Assembly (NCBI GenBank): GCA_964474135.1
Contig: CAYYRV010000002.1
Location: 74,473-138,472 of the forward strand
Reading direction: 5' to 3'
Source: an uncultured Defluviitaleaceae bacterium
Lineage (GTDB): Bacteria > Bacillota > Clostridia > Lachnospirales > CAYYRV01
Length of the DNA stretch: 64,000 bases
The notes beneath the pieces are model-generated. The model saw only the letters and a list, made by a program, of their open reading frames with translations. It did no database searches and was not told where the DNA came from. Made by a program: the position numbers and the translations under genes. Every line of letters begins with the position of its first letter. The first letter of the stretch is position 1. Shown in pieces: positions 46,413 through 56,015 of the stretch.

Positions 46413-47939
46413 ATGTCAAAAAAACTAGTATCAATTGTTTTAGTGTTTATCATGGTTATGACTATGGTTGCACCAGCTTACGCAATGGAGGAGGACAAGC
46501 AGAAATTTTTAAATGCGGTTACCAAAACGTTTGAGGAAGTAAAGACTGAAAATGATTATGCAAACAAATATGTTGACACAAAGACCATTCTTGAAAATTT
46601 AAGTAAAAGCTCTTTTCAATACTTATTGGATTATTCAGTAAATGTAGATAGTGATAAGTTTAGTATATTTGCTGACTTTAAAGCAGACCCTAAACTAAAT
46701 AAATATTTAACTAATATTAAAGCAAATTTAGGAAATTCTTATGGTGAGCAATTGGATGTTAACGTTTATTATGACAATGAAAAAACAGCTATAAACGTGC
46801 CAAAAGTTTCAGATAAATTTTATTACATAAGAAATGATGTAACTCAAGAACAGTTAAACAATTCAGCTTATGGTGGGCTAGGATTTTCAATTTCTGATAT
46901 AGCACAATTTTTTCCTAAAATGAATTCAGAAATTTTAAATTTAAAAGAACCTGAAGGGTTATATGACCCATATGTGGCAGTAATTAAAAAACATATGGAT
47001 TTAGGATTATATAAATCTGAAGGAACAAAAGTAGTTGAAACACCAAAAGGTTTAATCAGTACAGAAAAAATTACTTGCACAATTAAACCAAATGTTTTAA
47101 AAAGCTTTCTTGATGATTTTGCCTACACAATTGAAACAGACAAAAAACTTTATAATTATTTAACACAAATATATTCATTTACGCCTGGAATGACTGGTTC
47201 AACAGGGTATTCTCCAAGTAGCAAAGAGTTAGCTGCTATGGTTGTACAATTATTAGTTGATTCTGTTAATAGTATTGAACTTTCTTCTGATACAACTTTA
47301 AAATATAGCGTATATGTAAATAATGCAGGATATGCTATCAGAAATGAATTTTCTGCTGAATCTGTAGAAGAAGATTATATAAATACACTTGCTATTGACT
47401 TCTTAGGAACTGAATACTTAACAAATGACATGAAAGTTTTGTTTAGCAGTACACAATATGGTAGTACAAATGAAGTTTTAGCTACATTTAAAGGAAACAA
47501 TGTTCCTAAAAATGGTGTTTTTGATGGAGAAGTTTTAATTAAACTTTTCTCAGAAGGTGAAAGTAAAGTTGTTCCTACTGCATACATTAACTATGTTTGG
47601 GATTTAAACAAAGATAAAAATAACTTTAATTTTGCAATTTTAGCTGATGCTGAGGCAAAAGCTAATACAACTAGTATTGCTCAAAAAGATGCAGATATTG
47701 AGCTTAGTGCAAAAGGAACATATGTAATTGATAACAAAAACAATATTATTTCTTTGGTATTAAATGATGTAAAATTCTCTGCTCTTGAGTTAGTATCAGG
47801 AACTGCTAATTTTAATTTTACTTTAAAATCAATTAGTTCTGATGAAGTTTCTATTCCTGAGGGAAAAGCTGTTAATTTGCTTGAAATGACGGAAGAAGAA
47901 CTTACTCAATTACAGGAAAGTATGGACAATTTTTATTAG
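46413..47939 (+). CDS. Secreted protein of unknown function
   Basis: Signal peptide ending APAYA, GGAGG SD. No motif I recognise. Confidence 0.55.
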   Translation: MSKKLVSIVLVFIMVMTMVAPAYAMEEDKQKFLNAVTKTFEEVKTENDYANKYVDTKTILENLSKSSFQYLLDYSVNVDSDKFSIFADFKADPKLNKYLTNIKANLGNSYGEQLDVNVYYDNEKTAINVPKVSDKFYYIRNDVTQEQLNNSAYGGLGFSISDIAQFFPKMNSEILNLKEPEGLYDPYVAVIKKHMDLGLYKSEGTKVVETPKGLISTEKITCTIKPNVLKSFLDDFAYTIETDKKLYNYLTQIYSFTPGMTGSTGYSPSSKELAAMVVQLLVDSVNSIELSSDTTLKYSVYVNNAGYAIRNEFSAESVEEDYINTLAIDFLGTEYLTNDMKVLFSSTQYGSTNEVLATFKGNNVPKNGVFDGEVLIKLFSEGESKVVPTAYINYVWDLNKDKNNFNFAILADAEAKANTTSIAQKDADIELSAKGTYVIDNKNNIISLVLNDVKFSALELVSGTANFNFTLKSISSDEVSIPEGKAVNLLEMTEEELTQLQESMDNFY

Positions 47940-47984
47940 AATAAGTTTTTAGTAAAAAACTTGGTTTCAATAAAGAAGTTGTAG

Positions 47985-48078
47985 TTTTGGGGCTGAATGC
48001 CCTAAATATTAATATCAGAAACATAAAAAAGAGGAAACTTTTCAAAAGTTTCCTCTTTTTTATGTTTTAAAAACTTTT
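47985..48078. repeat. Mosaic repeat block: GGGGC/GCCCT module with TAAATATTAATAT tail, then a 45-nt near-perfect palindrome built on the family-1 hairpin
   Basis: ACATAAAAAAGAGGAAACTTTT-C-AAAAGTTTCCTCTTTTTTATGT (48021-48065), then TTTAAAAACTTTT. Confidence 0.85.
48021..48065. terminator. Bidirectional rho-independent terminator between convergent genes
   Basis: 22-bp arms with an A-run on the left and a T-run on the right. Confidence 0.7.
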
Positions 48079-48079
48079 A

Positions 48080-49966
48080 TTATAGTTTTGGTATAAAATC
48101 ATAATAATCTTGAACAGAAGCATCATTTAAACAAGCCTCAATAATTTGTCTGCCCAAAGGATTAATTTCAGGAGTTAAATATTTTTTAATTTCATGCTTG
48201 AAGAAGTCAGTTAAAATTTTTGCTCCGGCATCATATCCTTCATTTCCAACCTCTGGTTGATGATTAACTTGTAAAAATCCTTTTGATAATAAAGTACCAT
48301 CAAATTTAATACTTTCAAGAGCATAACCTAAGATAGGGCAACGAGAAGGTGTTAAAACACCGTCTTTAAATTTTAGACCGCCTCGTCTTGAAAGGTACTC
48401 TCTTGTAACCCATTGCCCTGAAAATCCTACTTTGTAAGCTCCTATATATTGATTAGGAATTAAAATATATCTTGTAGACAATGTTTTTAAAATCTGTTCC
48501 AATAATAAATTTGCTTGGTCAACCATTTTACCTGTAGCAAAAGGCCAATAAGAGCCTACCCCTTCGCTTTTCATTCCACCTGAATCTACAATACTTGGGT
48601 TTGCAAATCCTCTTGGCGCAGCTAAACGCCACAACCAGCCTAATGCTGGAGGTAGAACATGGAAAAGCCCAACTATACCATAATTAGGGTTTTCTTTTGT
48701 TGTTGGCGGTGTCCTAATGCCAAAGCTTCTTATATCAACCTCCGTAGAACCTTCCACATAATTGTTTACAAAAGTTCTAGGCATTATTACTCTTGGGTTT
48801 GGACAAGGTTTGCCAGGTTCGTCCATTATAGGCTCCCAAATTAAACAGGTTGAGCCTGGTACTGCATCCATATTAATAAAAACAAGAGGTTTTTTAGGGC
48901 TTATTGTACTTTTTTCAGTTTCGGGTTGAGTGCCGTATTCTGTAATATGGTTAACTCTTAAAAACCAGCCGTCTTCAGCATCTGCAACAACAAGTTTTCC
49001 GTCAGATGTTTGTAATGATGGGTGTGCAAGTGCCATATCATCAGTTACAGGGTGTATTTCGGAACTATCTGTAATAGTAATCAAATACTTTTCATCTGTA
49101 ATAATGTTCGTTCCTAATAAAAGCCTACCATCAGGCTCTCTGTGGAACTGCTCAATCATTTCGCTTTTACCGCCTCCGCTTGCTCCTTCATGCATAATTG
49201 TCAAAGTAAGCTCATAAGGAGTAATTATTTTTACTGTAGAAGCGTGCAAAGTAACCCATTTTTCCTGTTCTCCTATATCTAAAAGCACAGCATAAATACC
49301 TTTTTTTGCACTTGGACCTGGGTATAAATTATATGAAAATACTTCATGCATATCAAACAATCTATTATGTATTACAACTTGTTTACCATCGTAATGAGTA
49401 TGTCTAAAAGGAGGTGCAACATAAACTATAGCTCTTGGCTTAAAGAAGTTAGGTATTTTATCTTTAGGTATAAATCCCTGCAAGTCTGCAAGTGCAGCAG
49501 CAAAAAATGCAGCATTAGAAGGAAGAACCAAAAGTGCTTGATAACCTAAATTCAAATCACCGGCTCCAGCCAAAAACGGAAGGAAGATAAGTTCATCTTG
49601 ATTTTTTAGCCATTCAAATGTTTCTAAGCGAATGTCATCAAATTCTTTTCCAAACTTTTCTGTATGTGTAATTTTATCTGTTGGCAAATCGTCTGCTATA
49701 ACCATACTGTCTGGGTCACGCCTTCTCATGTATGGGTCGTCATAGTTTGCAACTATACCGTTTTTACACTTAACAACATATGCCTCTCTTACTAATCCCT
49801 TTCCCTCAACCTCATAAGAAACGTCAAAGGTCATTTTTCCTCCGCCTGTAGCCATTTCCATTAGTTGCTCTCTGCTATCGGGTATAATGATATTACCCTT
49901 TCCGTTATTTATTACATCTTTTAATTCTGTAGGTAGAACCATCTTTTTAGTAATGCTTTTATACAA
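48080..49966 (-). CDS. Uncharacterised 628-aa protein with a P-loop (HEGASGGGKSE); possibly PEPCK/HPr-kinase-like fold (DUF4914-like)
   Basis: GASGGGKSEM Walker-A-like motif followed by VTDDMALAH. Family name is recalled, not verified. Confidence 0.45.
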   Translation of the reverse strand: MYKSITKKMVLPTELKDVINNGKGNIIIPDSREQLMEMATGGGKMTFDVSYEVEGKGLVREAYVVKCKNGIVANYDDPYMRRRDPDSMVIADDLPTDKITHTEKFGKEFDDIRLETFEWLKNQDELIFLPFLAGAGDLNLGYQALLVLPSNAAFFAAALADLQGFIPKDKIPNFFKPRAIVYVAPPFRHTHYDGKQVVIHNRLFDMHEVFSYNLYPGPSAKKGIYAVLLDIGEQEKWVTLHASTVKIITPYELTLTIMHEGASGGGKSEMIEQFHREPDGRLLLGTNIITDEKYLITITDSSEIHPVTDDMALAHPSLQTSDGKLVVADAEDGWFLRVNHITEYGTQPETEKSTISPKKPLVFINMDAVPGSTCLIWEPIMDEPGKPCPNPRVIMPRTFVNNYVEGSTEVDIRSFGIRTPPTTKENPNYGIVGLFHVLPPALGWLWRLAAPRGFANPSIVDSGGMKSEGVGSYWPFATGKMVDQANLLLEQILKTLSTRYILIPNQYIGAYKVGFSGQWVTREYLSRRGGLKFKDGVLTPSRCPILGYALESIKFDGTLLSKGFLQVNHQPEVGNEGYDAGAKILTDFFKHEIKKYLTPEINPLGRQIIEACLNDASVQDYYDFIPKL

Positions 49967-50368
49967 TAGTAATTCCTCCTTATAAAATTATTTTAACATA
50001 AATACAGGTTCTTAATTGAGGTTACATCAGTTTTTTTAAAGGTATTGATATGTTTTAACTTCAACAAGTTATTTCTAGCAAATTGAAGCTATAATTATTT
50101 TCTAATTTTATTTTAACAAAAAATTAGACTTATTACAATCTTAGCATTATAATTATTTATAAATTTTTTTAAATTTGTAAACATTGTATGAATAACAGAT
50201 TTTTACAATACGTAAAATTGCCGTAAAATAAGGATTCTTACTATGTTTAAAATTATGTTCAAAAGTAAAAAATTATTTACAATCAAGCAATATTTTATTC
50301 AAAATATTAAGCTATACTATTTTCAAGTTAAAAATAAACATATTGAAAATTAATCGGAGGTAAAAAAT

Positions 50369-51736
50369 ATGGACGATAATAATAAATATTTTTATGATGA
50401 GGAAAAAAATAATGAATTTAAAAGCTACTTTGACTATTCTAGTTACGAGGAAAAACAAAAAGAGCGAGAGGAATCACTACCCCCTGCACATAACATAATG
50501 ATTCCAAACGACCCACCTAAAAAAACTAAAACCAATAAAGAATTTAAAAAATATATTGCAGTATTTTGTGCAGCAACAATTTTTGGCAGTTCAATATTTG
50601 GACTGGGAGTTTTGACAGGAAACAACATTGCCACATCAAGGGATACTTCTTTTAAAGTTAATATAGAAGATGAGCAGCTAAATGAACTTAAAAATATGTT
50701 TTTGGAAAAATCGAACGATGCAGTAGCAGCAATAAATAATAATGATAAACCTCTTTATATAGGAAACAATAATATATCTGATGTTGTTAAAAAAGTCTCT
50801 AATTCTGTTGTTAGTATTAATATGGAGGCTATACAAAGAGATATGTTTAATAGAAACCGTCCTATAACAGGAGCTGGTTCTGGTATAATTTTTAAAGAGG
50901 ACGAAGAGAAAGTTTATATTATTACTAACTACCATGTAATTGATGGGGCAACAAAAGCGACAATATCTATTGATGATGACAAGCAAGCAAATGCAAAATA
51001 TGTAGGCGGTGACTCAAGGTCTGATTTAGCAGTGATATATGTAACAAAAGAAGAACTTAAAAATGCAGGTATTGATAATTATACAGTTGCTACTTTAGGG
51101 GATTCAGAAAAACTAGAAATAGGAGAATCTGTTATTGCAATAGGTAATGCATTAGGAGAGGGCAAGTCTGTTACCCTAGGTATTATAAGTGCAAAAGATA
51201 AAACTATTAATGTTTCAAGGAACTCAATTAATGTTATACAAACTGATGCCGCTATAAATGAAGGCAACAGTGGTGGAGCATTAATAAACAGTAAAGGTGA
51301 GGTTATAGGTATAAATACAGCTAAATTCTCTAATGTAGGTGTTGAGGGAATGGGATATAGCATACCTATAAATGATGCGATATCAATAATAGAACAATTA
51401 ATGACTAATGGAAGTATTAAAAAAGCATATTTAGGTATAGAAGGTTATACGGTAACACCTGAATTTTTAGAAATGTATCAATACCCCAATACAGATATAA
51501 AAGGTGCATTTATTAAGAGTGTTGTACCTAATTCTCCTGCACATGCCGCTGGCTTGTTAAGTGGTGATATTATTGTAGGTTTTGCTGATAAAAAGATTAC
51601 TTCATTTGAGGAGCTTAGTGAGGCAATTTCAACATTTACTATAGGTGAAACAGCAAAAATATATGTTTATAGAGGAGTAGAGCCGGTTGTAGTAGAAGCT
51701 ACTATTGCTGATTATAATGCTGAAAACAATTTTTAG
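50369..51736 (+). CDS. htrA: HtrA/DegP-family serine protease (membrane anchor, trypsin-like domain, PDZ)
   Basis: Catalytic-serine motif GNSGGALIN, His in TNYHVI, C-terminal PDZ. Confidence 0.85.
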   Translation: MDDNNKYFYDEEKNNEFKSYFDYSSYEEKQKEREESLPPAHNIMIPNDPPKKTKTNKEFKKYIAVFCAATIFGSSIFGLGVLTGNNIATSRDTSFKVNIEDEQLNELKNMFLEKSNDAVAAINNNDKPLYIGNNNISDVVKKVSNSVVSINMEAIQRDMFNRNRPITGAGSGIIFKEDEEKVYIITNYHVIDGATKATISIDDDKQANAKYVGGDSRSDLAVIYVTKEELKNAGIDNYTVATLGDSEKLEIGESVIAIGNALGEGKSVTLGIISAKDKTINVSRNSINVIQTDAAINEGNSGGALINSKGEVIGINTAKFSNVGVEGMGYSIPINDAISIIEQLMTNGSIKKAYLGIEGYTVTPEFLEMYQYPNTDIKGAFIKSVVPNSPAHAAGLLSGDIIVGFADKKITSFEELSEAISTFTIGETAKIYVYRGVEPVVVEATIADYNAENNF

Positions 51737-51760
51737 AATTATTGTAATATAAATTAATTT

Positions 51761-51795
51761 AAGTTCGGTGCAGTAGGACAGCATCGAACTTTTTA
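51761..51795 (+). terminator. Rho-independent terminator of htrA
   Basis: 11-bp stem AAGTTCGGTGC/GCATCGAACTT (one G.U), 9-nt loop, then TTTTA. Confidence 0.6.
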
Positions 51796-51840
51796 TATTT
51801 ATGAATACATACAATTACCATAAATTTTTTAAAAAAACAC

Positions 51841-51868
51841 TTGATTTTTGTCGAAAATAATATATAAT
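51841..51868 (+). promoter_or_regulatory. Sigma-A type promoter driving a ~240-nt leader before the rseC-like gene
   Basis: TTGATT, 16 nt, TATAAT. The spacer contains TGTCGAA (51849-51855). Confidence 0.45.
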
Positions 51869-52112
51869 ATGTATATAAAGAGATTTCTTCTAAGAGCGAG
51901 TTAATACTATGTTTAGAACCAACAGATTTTTTACGGGATATTAGGACTCTTTGAACGTATTTGCATGCTGTATCTTAATACAGAGCATGAAACTCGAAGG
52001 ACTGACTACCACCTTATTTTAAGGTTTTAAAATTTGTTAAAATACGCCTTAGCAGAGTCTTTTTTTGTTTATTGGGTTTGTGACTTGTTGCAGTAAAAAA
52101 GGTGGAATAAAT

Positions 52113-52541
52113 ATGAGTGAGCAGGGTCAAGTTATTTCTGTTTCAGGCAACGAGGTTATAGTTCGTCTGGAAAGAACAGAAGCTTGTGCCAAATGCAGAG
52201 CATGTATTGCTGGAATGTCTAAAAAAGAAATGCTTATTAAAGCAAAAAATATATGTGATGCTAATATAGATGATTGGGTAAACATAGAACTTCAAAACGA
52301 TTCATTTGTTAAGGCAGTTCTTATTATGTATGCTGTGCCTTTTGTATTTCTTATTGTAGGTTTTTTGTTTGGATATTTTATTTGTTCTATTTTAGGTCTT
52401 AATAATATTCAAGAAATTTTAGGATTTTTAATGGGCATTGTTTTTATGGTACTTTCATATTTTGTAATAAGGTCAAGGGAGAAAAGTTTTCAAACACAAA
52501 AGTATACTCCTGTCGCTGTATCTATTGTTTCTGAAAGGTAA
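52113..52541 (+). CDS. RseC/MucC-family (SoxR-reducing-system-like) small membrane protein
   Basis: N-terminal GQVISVSGNEVIVRLERTEACAKCRAC pattern plus two TM helices. Start moved to ATG 52113, after an AAGGTGG SD. Confidence 0.7.
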   Translation: MSEQGQVISVSGNEVIVRLERTEACAKCRACIAGMSKKEMLIKAKNICDANIDDWVNIELQNDSFVKAVLIMYAVPFVFLIVGFLFGYFICSILGLNNIQEILGFLMGIVFMVLSYFVIRSREKSFQTQKYTPVAVSIVSER

Positions 52542-52555
52542 ATAAAATATTTTTT

Positions 52556-52590
52556 AACTTCTGCAGAAAATAATTTTGTAGGAGTTTTTT
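52556..52590 (+). terminator. Rho-independent terminator of the rseC-like gene
   Basis: AACTTCTGCA ...11 nt... TGTAGGAGTT (two G.U pairs), then TTTTTT. Confidence 0.5.
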
Positions 52591-53062
52591 ATTTGTTTAC
52601 TATAAAGTGTGAATAAAAAATGTAATATATGTAAAATATATAAGCATACATTTTTATTAAATTTTTTTGCATTTATCGCCAAAATATGATATTATTATGT
52701 ATCAGTCGGCAATTAGTGTTTATATTAATGTTGGTTCGACAAAGGTGGGTATTTTGTAAAATTGTATGAGAATGAATTTATTGAACTTGTTAGGCTTACA
52801 AACATCAGCTTGGTAGTTGCATGATTTATATTAGTGGAAATTACATATTAACTTTCTTTCTTGTTCAAAAATTATGTTTGAAAGAGAATATTAATAAAAT
52901 TTTATTAAAATACACTAAAGGTACTATAAAAACCTGTACTAAATATATGACACGCTACATTTACAGTCAAAAAGTTGTGCTGCTCAATTTGTAAATTTGG
53001 TAAACCTATATTTTAATACAGGCTATAAAAAATTATTTAAAAATTAGGAGTGAGATAAGTGT

Positions 53063-53539
53063 ATGTATAGTGTTGGTGATAAAATAGTTTACCCAATGTA
53101 TGGTGCTGGGGTAATAGAAGAATTGGAGAATATGGAAATCGACGGTAGCAGTCAGGTTTATTATGTTATGTATATTCCTACAGGAAATCTGAAAATTAAA
53201 GTTTCTGCTGGAAAAGCTGACAATATTGGTTTGCGACAGGTTTATGAAAAGGACCAAGTTACAGAAATGATAAAATCTGCCAAATCTGAGCCTATAGAAA
53301 TGGCTGAAAACTGGAACCAACGTTACAAAGAAAATCTTGAAAAAATTAAATCTGGAAATTTGACGGAAGTATCTATTGTTTTTAGAAATCTTTTATATAG
53401 AGAAAGAGAAAGAGGGCTTTCTTCTGCCGAAAAGAAAATGCTTACTACAGCAAAACAAATTATTATTTCAGAACTTATTTTGTCGCAAAATGTTGAGAAA
53501 TCTATTGCTGAAGAAATGCTTTCTGCTTTAATTAAATAA
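53063..53539 (+). CDS. carD: CarD/CdnL-family RNA-polymerase-binding transcription factor
   Basis: N-terminal VGDKIVYPMYGAGVIEEL pattern, about 160 aa. Confidence 0.85.
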   Translation: MYSVGDKIVYPMYGAGVIEELENMEIDGSSQVYYVMYIPTGNLKIKVSAGKADNIGLRQVYEKDQVTEMIKSAKSEPIEMAENWNQRYKENLEKIKSGNLTEVSIVFRNLLYRERERGLSSAEKKMLTTAKQIIISELILSQNVEKSIAEEMLSALIK

Positions 53540-53559
53540 TTAAAATATTTTAAAACTCA

Positions 53560-53596
53560 AACCTAATTCTTTTTTGAAAGAAATATAGGTTTTTTG
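53560..53596 (+). terminator. Rho-independent terminator of carD
   Basis: Imperfect stem AACCTAATTCTTT/AAAGAAATATAGGTT followed by TTTTTG. Confidence 0.55.
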
Positions 53597-53615
53597 TTTT
53601 GCTTTATTTATATAT

Positions 53616-53650
53616 GAGGAGAAAACTTTGTTAAAAGGTTTTCTCCATTT
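53616..53650 (+). repeat. Diverged family-1-like hairpin (hairpin only)
   Basis: GGAGAAAACTTTGTTAAAAGGTTTTCTCC. Confidence 0.4.
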
Positions 53651-53694
53651 TGCTATTACGAAAAAAATAAAACTTTGTGTTAAGGTGTATGATA

Positions 53695-54930
53695 ATGAAT
53701 AATATAATAATAGATTTTTCTGATAATTTAGTTAGGACGGCATTAGTTGAGAATGGTGAGTTAGTTGAGCTTTTTGTTGATACAGAAAATTCGGTATCAA
53801 TAGTCGGGAATATTTATTCAGGGATTGTGAAAAATATTTTGCCCAGTAAGTTTGTATTTATTGATATTGGCCAAGAAAAAAAAGCATTTCTTTCTTTGGA
53901 GGATAGTAAGGAAGAAGAGTTATATGAGGACGGAAAACTAAAGATTAAAGTGGGAAGTGAAATTTTAGTACAGGTTATAAAGGATGCGTATGGAACAAAA
54001 GGAGCAGGAGTAACTTCACAGCTCTCATTTTCAAAAGATAATATTATTATTTATAAAAGTAATAAAAAAGAAATTGGAATTTCAAGAAAAATTGAATATA
54101 TAGGGGAACGTAAAAGATTAAAAAAAATAGCAGAGCAGGTTTTACCAGATGGTTTTAGTATAATTTTACGTACAGGCAGTCAAGGTAAAAAATATGAGGA
54201 TATTTTAGCAGAAATACAAGAGATGTTATGTTTATCAGAAAAAGTTTTTGATAAGGGTAGGTATATAAAAGCACCCGCAGTTGTTTATAAGGAAGCTGAT
54301 AATTTATATAAGACATTAAAAATTTTGTTAAAAAACAATATTGATAAAGTAATTATAAATAATTGGAAAAAAATTGAAATTGTAAAGGATTATGTAAAAA
54401 GAATAAAAGATTTGAGCGAGTCTAACCTAAATGAAGTTGTAAATTACTATGATGGGGAAATTCCTATTTTTAAAGAGTATTTTATTGAGACACAAATAGA
54501 AAAAATATTGTACAAGAAAGTATGGTTAAAATCAGGAGGATTTTTAATTATTGAAGAGACAGAGGCTTGTGTTGTAATAGATGTAAATACGGGTAAGTTT
54601 TTGGGAAACAGCAATCAACAAAAAACAATTATAAAAACAAATTTTGAGGCGGCAGTTGAGATAGCAAAGCAGATTAGGTTAAGAAATTTATCAGGTATGA
54701 TTATTATTGACTTTATTGATATGCAAAAGGAAACCGACAAATTAAAACTTATAGATACGATGAAGAAAGAAGTAAAGAGAGATAGCATGTCTGTTAATGT
54801 TTTGGGAATGGCATATTTGGGTGTAATGCAGATTACTAGAAAAAAAACAAGGGAGCCAATATCTAGTATATTACTTGATACTTGTACTGTTTGTAATGGT
54901 AGTGGAAAAATTTATACAAAATTAAAATAA
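53695..54930 (+). CDS. rng: Rne/Rng-family ribonuclease (RNase G-like)
   Basis: S1-like N-terminus (GNIYSGIVKNILP), catalytic region VVIDVNTGKF, C-terminal CxxCxG. Start set at ATG 53695, after an AAGGTG SD. Confidence 0.8.
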   Translation: MNNIIIDFSDNLVRTALVENGELVELFVDTENSVSIVGNIYSGIVKNILPSKFVFIDIGQEKKAFLSLEDSKEEELYEDGKLKIKVGSEILVQVIKDAYGTKGAGVTSQLSFSKDNIIIYKSNKKEIGISRKIEYIGERKRLKKIAEQVLPDGFSIILRTGSQGKKYEDILAEIQEMLCLSEKVFDKGRYIKAPAVVYKEADNLYKTLKILLKNNIDKVIINNWKKIEIVKDYVKRIKDLSESNLNEVVNYYDGEIPIFKEYFIETQIEKILYKKVWLKSGGFLIIEETEACVVIDVNTGKFLGNSNQQKTIIKTNFEAAVEIAKQIRLRNLSGMIIIDFIDMQKETDKLKLIDTMKKEVKRDSMSVNVLGMAYLGVMQITRKKTREPISSILLDTCTVCNGSGKIYTKLK

Positions 54931-55170
54931 AAAATTAGATGTTTTTAATGAATATTGTACATATTCATATATTTGCATAATATGTTTGTGTCGAATTTTA
55001 AAATAAATTGAAAAAAAAACAAATATTATAATATATATTGAAATATTTTGTAAATTATAATATACTATATAAATAGTTAAATACAGAAGGTATATTATAC
55101 AAAAAATACATTAAGTTAATTTGACGTTAAACAAAAATTAAAAAAAGTTGTAAAATGAGGGGTAGGTAGT

Positions 55171-55971
55171 ATGAGTTCTAAATTACATTTTTTAACTAAT
55201 AGAGAAAATACAAGAATATCATATGAAAGCGTTTTTCACGATATGAAAACACCAATAGCTATAATGTATTTGAATATTCAATTGCTAGAAAAAGAAATTG
55301 ATTATAACGGAAGTATAAAAGGTTCTATTGCCAGTATTAGGAAAAATTGTCTTAGGATTATAAAGATGATAAATGATGTCACTGATAGCGAAAAGATGAG
55401 TAATGGAAAGCTTACCCCTTGCATTAAAAACTGGGACGTAATTACCGTTTTAAGAGATGTTGTGGAAAGTAGCAGTTATTTATCTGTAAGGGATGATGTA
55501 TCTATTAAGTTCTTATCGAATGTGAATCAAAAAGTAATGGCTATTGATAAAGAATTTCTTGAGAGAATTGTCTTTAATATCCTGTCAAATGCATATAAAT
55601 TTACTAATAAAGGTGGGAGTATAGAAGTAAGTGTTTATGATATTGATGAGTTTCTTGTATTAAAAATTAGAGACAGTGGTGATGGAATAAGCCCTAAAAT
55701 TATTAATAACCTATTCAAAAAATATGAAACTGTTGTTAATAACAAAAATACAAGAGGTACAGGATTGGGGTTGTATATTGTTAAGCAATTAGTTGATGTA
55801 TTAGGTGGTTCTATATGTATAAGAAATACCTTAGAAGGAACTGAGGCTACAATAATTTTCCGGAGTTATCAAATAGAAGAAGATGGAATTGAAAAATCTG
55901 TGGAAGATGACTTTTATGCTAATAACCTTGGATTAATTGAATTCGCAGATGAGAATGTAGCCTTTTTTTAG
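55171..55971 (+). CDS. Orphan cytoplasmic histidine kinase (HisKA + HATPase_c only, no sensor or TM region)
   Basis: H-box FHDMKTPI, N-box ILSNAYKFT, G-boxes DSGDGI and GTGLGLYIV. No adjacent response regulator. Confidence 0.8.
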   Translation: MSSKLHFLTNRENTRISYESVFHDMKTPIAIMYLNIQLLEKEIDYNGSIKGSIASIRKNCLRIIKMINDVTDSEKMSNGKLTPCIKNWDVITVLRDVVESSSYLSVRDDVSIKFLSNVNQKVMAIDKEFLERIVFNILSNAYKFTNKGGSIEVSVYDIDEFLVLKIRDSGDGISPKIINNLFKKYETVVNNKNTRGTGLGLYIVKQLVDVLGGSICIRNTLEGTEATIIFRSYQIEEDGIEKSVEDDFYANNLGLIEFADENVAFF

Positions 55972-56015
55972 AATTAACAATATGATTATAAAAAAGTATT
56001 TAAGGAGTTTTGTTA

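Noticed and set aside
46319-46534. 71-aa ORF overlapping the start of the secreted protein gene
   Set aside because: It has no SD, lies out of frame with the well-supported ATG 46413 (GGAGG SD plus signal peptide), and gives an implausible peptide.
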